Shown: positions 57,270 through 64,000 of the stretch, in pieces
Numbering within the stretch: position 1 is the stretch's first letter
Layout: the number at the start of each line of letters is the position of its first letter
Position numbers and translations under genes: made by a program
The notes under the pieces: model-generated
What the model was told of the DNA's origin: nothing
What the model saw: only the letters and a program-made list of their open reading frames with translations
Database searches by the model: none
Assembly (NCBI GenBank): GCA_043821365.1
Contig: JBDRCX010000006.1
Span: 544,001 to 608,000, forward strand
Source: Candidatus Micrarchaeota archaeon
GTDB lineage: Archaea > Micrarchaeota > Micrarchaeia > Anstonellales > Bilamarchaeaceae
DNA length: 64,000 nucleotides
Reading direction: 5' to 3'

Positions 57270-58342
57270 TGGCATTTGAATCAAGCTTTTACCAAGACTG
57301 GGGAGTAATCTCAATTGCAGCTGCTGCACTCTCAGTGTTAGGAGCTTCAATGCTAATAATGACCTCAAGGCTATTTAGCCTTAAGAATCTTGAACAAGTA
57401 GCAAAAACTGAATTTATCTATGCAATGTCTACTATTGTTATTGTGATGATAGTTGTTTTTTCTATTCCATTAATAGAAGATCAACTTGCAGGTCCAGGAA
57501 ATAGTCTTGCACGGTGTCTCTTTCTCTCTTCTTTTGGGGAATCCTGCTATGATGCGAGTACAAGTACCTATGTTTTCATGTGCGGGACTACTCAGTGCAG
57601 TACCTTCATCGATTGGATGAAATTATACATGGCAACTCCGGCAAAATGCATTACAAAATTCATGCAATATCTTTACTATTTAGCTATCCCTGTCGATGGA
57701 GCTGCTTCAATTTATATGGAAATATTCATGTCTGAGCATGCTTCTGGTTTTGGTGTCAAATGGCTTTCTGAGCGTATTTCTAATGCCACACAATCACTTT
57801 CATTTTATATGTATATATTCTACCTTCTTATTCATGTGTTTAATTTTGTGAAATATTACGCTGGTTTCTTTTTCTCAATTGGGGTAGCCCTAAGGGCATT
57901 TCCACCAACAAGAGGGGCTGGTGCATATGTAATGGCACTATCAATTGGGCTTTATTTTATTTTTCCACTTTCATATATACTTATTGCTTCTTTGGCAACG
58001 CCCCATTCCCAATCAGTGATATCAAGCTTCGATCCATCTGCTAGCGGAAGCTATCAATATGTTTGTGCAATTCCTGATGTTCAGGATGTGAAGGCATTGG
58101 GATGTGGGGCTGCTGATCTAGGTAATGCAATGGAGCTTCCAGATAGACTTCAATCAGTTAAAGATGAGCTTAGTGATGTGTTTACTATATCTTTGGATGA
58201 TTTCACAAGGCATATGGCACATGCCATCTGTATTTTCCCAATGATTGCATTTGTTGTGCTGCTGACATTTGTTCTTAATACTACAAATCTCTTTGGTGGC
58301 AACATCCCAGAGATCGGACGTGGTCTTGTCAAACTGATCTGA
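57266..58342 (+). CDS. CedA/VirB6-like paralog 6
   Basis: AKTEFIYAMST; GVALRAFPPTRGAGAYVMALSIGLYFIFP; C-terminus GGNIPEIGRGLVKLI. Confidence 0.75.
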   Translation: MMAFESSFYQDWGVISIAAAALSVLGASMLIMTSRLFSLKNLEQVAKTEFIYAMSTIVIVMIVVFSIPLIEDQLAGPGNSLARCLFLSSFGESCYDASTSTYVFMCGTTQCSTFIDWMKLYMATPAKCITKFMQYLYYLAIPVDGAASIYMEIFMSEHASGFGVKWLSERISNATQSLSFYMYIFYLLIHVFNFVKYYAGFFFSIGVALRAFPPTRGAGAYVMALSIGLYFIFPLSYILIASLATPHSQSVISSFDPSASGSYQYVCAIPDVQDVKALGCGAADLGNAMELPDRLQSVKDELSDVFTISLDDFTRHMAHAICIFPMIAFVVLLTFVLNTTNLFGGNIPEIGRGLVKLI

Positions 58343-58379
58343 TGTAAGGATTTTTAATTCTTCGAGTTGTTAGGAGAAT

Positions 58380-58946
58380 ATGGCCAACCGTAAATATGTT
58401 CTGGATACTTCTCTTTTTGTTAATCCCTATGCAAGAGAAAAATTTGGTAAAGACTCAACTTCTGCAATGCTTGCATTCATAGAATGCGTAAATGATCCTA
58501 ATATTGAATTGTTCATGCCACCAATAGTTTTCAAGGAACTTAGTAATTTTGTTGATGCAAAAGCACTTGATGAATTTGAACTTGTAATAAAAATAAGAGC
58601 TCCAAATACTCATGGAATTTTTCTTCCTGCAGCAGTATTTTATGATTTCATCGAAGATATACGCATAAGGATGAATAAAGGTATGCGGTTGGCAGAAGAT
58701 TTTGCTAAAGATAACAATCCTGACAATGATAAAAAACTAAAGAAATTACGTGAAAAATATCGTGATGCTTTGCGTACTGGTATTCTTGACAGTAAAGAAG
58801 ATTTTGAACTTGTTCTTCTTGCCAAAGAACTTGAAGCACCGCTTGTGTCTTCAGATGAAGGTGTGATAAAATTTGCACATCAAATTGGTTGTGAGTGTAT
58901 AGATGCATCTAGGTTCTATTCTTTACTATTAAAATTAAAGAAATAA
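58380..58946 (+). CDS. Protein-only RNase P (HARP, PIN-like, 'RNA ligase partner' family)
   Basis: YVLDTSLFVNP..RMNKGMRLAE..LREKYRDALRTGILDSKEDFELVLLAKEL..SSDEG. Confidence 0.9.
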   Translation: MANRKYVLDTSLFVNPYAREKFGKDSTSAMLAFIECVNDPNIELFMPPIVFKELSNFVDAKALDEFELVIKIRAPNTHGIFLPAAVFYDFIEDIRIRMNKGMRLAEDFAKDNNPDNDKKLKKLREKYRDALRTGILDSKEDFELVLLAKELEAPLVSSDEGVIKFAHQIGCECIDASRFYSLLLKLKK

Positions 58947-60008
58947 TCAATCCTCTATGGCTTTTCCATTCGCATAACTAGTTAGAATTTTTGTTGTGTT
59001 CCTGTAAATTCTCTTAAATCGTATTCTTATCCGTCCATTTTCTGTTTTTCGGTAAATCTCTTCTACTCTTACATCACGATTACTGTGTTTTAGAATATCG
59101 TGCCAAACATTTTCATCTTTGATGAGAATTTCAAATTCTTCACATATAGCTTTTTTCTTTTTTATTCTGTTTATTGATTCTTCAAGCCCTTTGTAAAATG
59201 CCATTCCAAGCATTTTCCCATATTTTTCCCTATCCATGTCAAAATCATTTACAAAAAGTGCAGAACGTAAAATTCTTTGATGGTAAAAACCAATTGGCAT
59301 ATCAAAAAATCGATTGGATGCATCTGCCATATCATCTATATCAGAATAGGCAGTAACATACTTCACAGCCTGTTTTCTATCATTACTTTTCAGTACCATT
59401 CCTTCTTTACGTCCTTTGTTCAAAGAGAGGATTATTCTCTTCAATCCACGAATATCATCTGCTCTAAATCTTCCAAATGATGGTACACTGGTTAGTTTGT
59501 ATTTTTTTATAATCTTATATCGTTCTTCACAACTGATATACCCATTTCCAGAATCAATGTCAAAAACATACATTTTAACATCAAATTTCTTTGTTGGTTT
59601 TGTGTGTGGTGTGTTTCCAATCATCTCGCCACAAATAATGTGGTTTGGATGGTTTTTGAAGAACTTTTCAAGTTTCATTTCTTTTGCTTTTTCAGTTACA
59701 AACGCATCTAAAAATCCGCCGCGTGAAAATCCATAAATTTTTCCATTTATTGAGATTATACGGACATTATACCCATCTATTTTTTCTTCAGCATGAACAT
59801 AATCTGATGATATGTTCCTCTTAATTCCGTTTTCAAGTGTGAAAATTCTTTTTATATGTGGATATGCTGGAATTATCCTATTCGAAGTTACTATAGTGCC
59901 CCTTTCAATTCTTTTGATCTTGTCTCTAAACCTAATATATTCAATATCGCTACTGATCTTCTCAATCTTCCCTTTTTTGAAGGCTTCTTCAAGGATTTTT
60001 TTATCCAT
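58947..60008 (-). CDS. ATP-dependent RNA ligase (Pab1020/Rnl3 family)
   Basis: Motif I EEKIDGYNVR, FSRGG, CGEMIG, VFDI, KEGMVLK, KYVT. Confidence 0.9.
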   Translation of the reverse strand: MDKKILEEAFKKGKIEKISSDIEYIRFRDKIKRIERGTIVTSNRIIPAYPHIKRIFTLENGIKRNISSDYVHAEEKIDGYNVRIISINGKIYGFSRGGFLDAFVTEKAKEMKLEKFFKNHPNHIICGEMIGNTPHTKPTKKFDVKMYVFDIDSGNGYISCEERYKIIKKYKLTSVPSFGRFRADDIRGLKRIILSLNKGRKEGMVLKSNDRKQAVKYVTAYSDIDDMADASNRFFDMPIGFYHQRILRSALFVNDFDMDREKYGKMLGMAFYKGLEESINRIKKKKAICEEFEILIKDENVWHDILKHSNRDVRVEEIYRKTENGRIRIRFKRIYRNTTKILTSYANGKAIED

Positions 60009-60041
60009 GGATTCAATTCTAAAGCAATCTTTATAATGTGT

Positions 60042-60554
60042 CTACCATGGAACTTTCTTCAGGCCAATCCTGTTTGCAAAAATATTTGTTAGTGGGTGGA
60101 GAATGGTTGTTAGAACCAAAAACAACCCCAAATTCAATGGTGAGTACAATTCCATTTTAACAAAGGGGATGGCCAATAGTAATGCAATAATTAGAAATAG
60201 CATTGTATCAAGGAAGAAAGGTTTTCCTGGTTCCAATCCAACTCTTCTCTTAATAAAACTACCAAATGCATCGCCAATTAAGGTTCCAGATGCAAGGACA
60301 AATCCTGCTATGAATTGTGCATGCTGACTATCAAAAAATTCTACTTGATAAAATATGGCAATTAATCCACCTGCAACTGTTCCTGCCAGAATTCCTCCAA
60401 CAAATCCTCTGATTGTTTTACTATCACCAAATAATCGTTTTCCATCAGATAAAACCAATCCAAGATCAAGAGATTTGCCTCCTCCGAGAACTACTGGAGA
60501 CGAGTTGGCAATGTAAATGGGTATTAGAAATAGTAACAAGTCTAGGACAGCCAT
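60042..60554 (-). CDS. carS: CDP-archaeol synthase
   Basis: PIYIANSSPV..LDLG..RLFGDSKTIRG..GDAFGSFIKRR..FLD. Confidence 0.9.
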   Translation of the reverse strand: MAVLDLLLFLIPIYIANSSPVVLGGGKSLDLGLVLSDGKRLFGDSKTIRGFVGGILAGTVAGGLIAIFYQVEFFDSQHAQFIAGFVLASGTLIGDAFGSFIKRRVGLEPGKPFFLDTMLFLIIALLLAIPFVKMELYSPLNLGLFLVLTTILHPLTNIFANRIGLKKVPW

Positions 60555-60637
60555 AATATTTCTCTTTGCTAAACATTTTATAAGCTATTGTAAATTCTTA
60601 CGTCTTAATTTACAACAGGCCTATTTATATTTATATC

Positions 60638-61600
60638 ATGAGATTTTCAGTTATGGAACCTCACCCTGAAAATAGAAAACGATCAGCCAAGCCAAGCGAT
60701 AGAATTATTCTTGGCACTGGATTACTACTTATATTGGGATTTTTTGCCTTGTTGGCATTATTCTTTCTAGTGTCTATGTTTACGCCAAGTTTAGTTGGTA
60801 AGTGCGTTGCAGTTGTTGAAATAAACCAGCCACTTACTGTTGAAGGTGCAGCACCTTCATTATTCAGTGATGGTATTGCTGGTTCAGAACAAATTGCAGC
60901 ATCAATAGAATCACTTAACAACAGAGATGATGTTGGGGCAGTTGTTATTGTTTTCAATTCAGGTGGTGGTTCAGTTGTTGCTACCAGGGAAATTTATGAT
61001 TCAGTTATTGATCTGAACAAGCCAACTGTTGCATATTTCAGGGAAGTTGCTGCTTCTGGCGCATATTACATCGCCAGTGGAACAGATTATATCATTTCTG
61101 ATCCAAATGCAATAACTGGTAGCATCGGCGTAATAACAACACTTACCGAAATGAGCAGTTTGTTCGAGAAAATAGGCATAAATGTAACTACAGTGAAATC
61201 TGGAAAATTCAAAGACATAGGTTCTCCATACCGTGAATTTACAGATGAGGAGCAGGCGATTCTACAAGCTCTTAATGAAGAAGTCTACAATGAATTCAAA
61301 TCCATTGTTATTGAGAATAGAGGATCCAAACTTGATATGACCAAATTCGAGAATATTACTGACGGAAGAATAATGACTGGAAGACAGGCAGTAAAGGTTG
61401 GATTGGTTGATGAAGTTGGAAACAAAAAATCAGCTATCATGAAAGCAGCAGAACTTGCTGGCATGTCTCCACAATCATATGATGAGGTAAGAGTTTGCAC
61501 AGTGCCAACATATGGGGCTGAAAGTAGCATGTTTGGTGTAGATTCATTGATAAAACAACTTCAACTACAGACAAACAATCCATCAATTAGTTATAAGTGA
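60638..61600 (+). CDS. sppA: Signal peptide peptidase SppA (S49)
   Basis: FNSGGGSV, AASGAYYIA, TGSIGVI, KSGKFKDIG, GLVDEVG. Confidence 0.92.
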   Translation: MRFSVMEPHPENRKRSAKPSDRIILGTGLLLILGFFALLALFFLVSMFTPSLVGKCVAVVEINQPLTVEGAAPSLFSDGIAGSEQIAASIESLNNRDDVGAVVIVFNSGGGSVVATREIYDSVIDLNKPTVAYFREVAASGAYYIASGTDYIISDPNAITGSIGVITTLTEMSSLFEKIGINVTTVKSGKFKDIGSPYREFTDEEQAILQALNEEVYNEFKSIVIENRGSKLDMTKFENITDGRIMTGRQAVKVGLVDEVGNKKSAIMKAAELAGMSPQSYDEVRVCTVPTYGAESSMFGVDSLIKQLQLQTNNPSISYK

Positions 61601-61604
61601 TGAA

Positions 61605-61934
61605 GTGAAAAACAAAATTATCATTGGTCTGTTTCTTTTGCTATTTCTTATTCTTGCGTATGTTGTTTTTCAGAATTTCAGTCTTTCTAAAACTAAATCT
61701 AATTCTATCCCCGAAGACCAATATTTAGTATGTACAGAAAATTCAACTCAATACTGTTCAGTTGGTTCATGTTCAGGCCTATCTACATGTCATAATGGTA
61801 TTTGGTCATCATGCCAATGGGAGAAGGTCTGTACCCCTGGTTTTAAGACAATGTGCATTGAGAATGGCTGTGCCTATGCAATAAAAGAATGTAATGAGTG
61901 TGGCACTAGTTTTGGCCAATGTCTCCCGCCGTAG
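61605..61934 (+). CDS. Small membrane-anchored Cys-rich protein
   Basis: N-terminal TM helix followed by ten Cys in about 70 aa. Confidence 0.7.
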   Translation: MKNKIIIGLFLLLFLILAYVVFQNFSLSKTKSNSIPEDQYLVCTENSTQYCSVGSCSGLSTCHNGIWSSCQWEKVCTPGFKTMCIENGCAYAIKECNECGTSFGQCLPP

Positions 61935-61999
61935 GGTTGTGGGCAAAAAAGTAAAAAAAGCGTATGGGTTTTAAAAGCCCTTCATCAAATGTTCTATCT

Positions 62000-62710
62000 A
62001 TGAAGGCGTTCATATTCTCACTAGATGCTTTTGTAGCCTTTACGCTTGCTTTGGTTGTTATTTATTCGCTTATATTCTTCTCAAGCGTACCGTCGGCTTA
62101 CTATTATCTTCTTACTCAGGGACATTATCTTTCAAGAGATATACTATATTCACTATCAACTACTCAATGTTCTGGTATCTATTCATGTTACAATCCTAGT
62201 GCGTCTATTCTTGATAATATCGTATTCCCAGAATCTAGCCATGTTTTTGATGAATCTCTTGTACAGAATACTATAGGTGAGATGGTCCCAGATCAATTTG
62301 GTTATCTGATGGAAGTTAGCGAAGATCAAGGCCAAAGCTGGTATGTTGTATATAACACATCCAATAGACCTGCGCCAGTTGATAATCATGCTAAAAACAT
62401 CAAAAAGTTACAAATTTCTACCTATGTCATGGCATTCAACTATCCAGATACTTTAAATAAAATGGATAAAACTCCTTACAACTATAATAGCTGTGGATCT
62501 GGGGCAGGTTGGGTAGCTGGGACCACGGGTAGTGGTGGATCAACATGGACTAATTGGGGGTTAATAACATGCGGAGAACTAACAACAAGCGGTGGTACAC
62601 CTGGTTCACCACCAACTATTATTGGAAATACTCACCCATCAAATATTCTTGGTGGAGATCTTGTTCCTGCAACCGAGGTTAAACTCGTTAAATTTACTAT
62701 CTTCATCTAG
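62000..62710 (+). CDS. Pilin-like (class III signal-like) secreted protein
   Basis: MKA|FIFSLDAFVAF hydrophobic N-terminus. Confidence 0.65.
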   Translation: MKAFIFSLDAFVAFTLALVVIYSLIFFSSVPSAYYYLLTQGHYLSRDILYSLSTTQCSGIYSCYNPSASILDNIVFPESSHVFDESLVQNTIGEMVPDQFGYLMEVSEDQGQSWYVVYNTSNRPAPVDNHAKNIKKLQISTYVMAFNYPDTLNKMDKTPYNYNSCGSGAGWVAGTTGSGGSTWTNWGLITCGELTTSGGTPGSPPTIIGNTHPSNILGGDLVPATEVKLVKFTIFI

Positions 62711-62716
62711 GTGATT

Positions 62717-64000
62717 ATGTTGGATAAAAAAGGTTTTCTTTTTACTGTGACGGTGTTTTTGATACTTACTTATATTCTTTTGTCAATTTCAGTTTGGGTA
62801 AAATCAGTTGAAACATCTGAGCGATCATTTGCTGATTTTTATAAACAATCAACAATAGAACTTGCAATAGAACAAATTACTCCTGAGAAAATGGGTAATG
62901 TTTCCTCTATAATCATGAATAGAGCTCTCAATAGACTCAATGAGCATACAATTGATCATCCGATATATGCTGGTCCTAGTGGTAATGAAAATAAATACAT
63001 CAGAACAACAATGTTCAGTTTGTTGATGAATGGCTCTGCCAGTGGAATATATTTCGTTGGGCTATCTGACACAATTACACAAGAAGAAAACTCATCATTC
63101 AAATCCTGGGTTTACAATCTTAATTCATCTTTAGCAGCAATTGGTGTCTACATCTCAGATTTTAGTGTTTATGATTTCAATTTAACTCAGGACGATATTG
63201 ATCTGATAAATTATTCATTCACAATCAACCTTAGTATGAAAGATTTTGCCAACACAACCTCAGTTTCAAGAGTTTACTATATTGACAACCAATTGGACAT
63301 CACTGGTCTTGTTGATCCTGCACTTGCAAGAACAAGTATAGACGAAGCAGGTGATGCCTTAGCAGTTTACAGGATGTTTTTCTTCAATAAAAATTATTCT
63401 GATCCATCAGATATTACAATTAACTCCATTCCAGGCTCTATCTATGGTGGACAGGGTTGGGTATATGGCTATCTTGCTGATGCTAATTCATCTCATAATT
63501 ATAATTTGATTCCATATGCAGTAAATGTGAATGAGAGTGAAAGGCATTTGTACATTCTCTACGGAACCTATTCAGAACTTGAAGCACTTTCATATGATAT
63601 ATTTGAAGATTTTGGTGGTTATATTGTTACTACAAAACCAGGAAATCCATCGAACTGTACTTCTGGAAGTACAACCTATGAAAATGAAGATGAAACACTT
63701 AATCCAATAGAATATACTGGAGGAAGCTGTACGCCAGAATTAGCATCTGGTGCTGATGTTATTTATACAAGCAAACCATTCATTGTTTCTCATGGATTTA
63801 ATTCTCTAAATGCAGAAGAATGTCCAATATTTGACGGTTCAAATTCAAGTGGAAGGTGTGTTCTGTTTTTGAATAATTATGGTCCTGAGGATGTTGCTAC
63901 CCTACCATCTAGAAAACTTTTAACAAGTGATGCTGGTCTTTATTCAATTGAAGAACTAAGAGACTTTGTAATGTGTGGTTATTACACCCATAGTCCTGAT
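62717..64000 (+). CDS. Pilin-like (class III signal-like) large protein, runs off the window end (absent from ORF track)
   Basis: GGTGA RBS then MLDKKG|FLFTVTVFLIL; frame read open to 64000 (428 codons). Confidence 0.8.
   Translation, partial: MLDKKGFLFTVTVFLILTYILLSISVWVKSVETSERSFADFYKQSTIELAIEQITPEKMGNVSSIIMNRALNRLNEHTIDHPIYAGPSGNENKYIRTTMFSLLMNGSASGIYFVGLSDTITQEENSSFKSWVYNLNSSLAAIGVYISDFSVYDFNLTQDDIDLINYSFTINLSMKDFANTTSVSRVYYIDNQLDITGLVDPALARTSIDEAGDALAVYRMFFFNKNYSDPSDITINSIPGSIYGGQGWVYGYLADANSSHNYNLIPYAVNVNESERHLYILYGTYSELEALSYDIFEDFGGYIVTTKPGNPSNCTSGSTTYENEDETLNPIEYTGGSCTPELASGADVIYTSKPFIVSHGFNSLNAEECPIFDGSNSSGRCVLFLNNYGPEDVATLPSRKLLTSDAGLYSIEELRDFVMCGYYTHSPD

Noticed and set aside
51627-58332. 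Minus-strand ORFs across the six-gene membrane operon
   Set aside because: They are antisense shadows of hydrophobic-codon-rich genes.

Overview
AT-rich archaeal chromosomal window, most likely from a DPANN archaeon of Micrarchaeota type. This is an inference from the Methanococcus-type S-layer gene, split rpoB, GGTGA ribosome-binding sites, multi-intron tRNAs and many lineage-specific ORFs. Housekeeping content: proS, tyrS, non-discriminating aspS, rnz, a RecJ/GAN-like DHH nuclease, the GINS-L44e-S27e-aIF2alpha-Nop10-PAC2 cluster, SSB, GMP synthase subunit A, the rpoH-B''-B'-A'-A''-L30e-nusA cluster, surE, carS, sppA, protein-only RNase P (HARP) and an Rnl3-type RNA ligase. There are three tRNAs: Gln-UUG, Val-CAC with two introns, and Thr-UGU with a 130-nt intron plus a D-loop insert. 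Accessory content: two toxin-antitoxin pairs, a Fic protein, a truncated IS200/IS605 tnpB remnant with an intact right end, a His-rich protein, and two tandem giant beta-helix/Cys-rich surface proteins. The two most notable signals are (1) a 7.7-kb operon of six paralogous membrane proteins sharing a CedA/VirB6-like motif, one fused to two pilin-like modules, suggesting an undescribed conjugation/Ced-like channel, and (2) a family of short, mostly triloop hairpin arrays with shared CCAAAAACT linkers in tRNA introns, the tnpB 3' end and intergenic spaces. All assignments come from reading the sequence; no searches were run.
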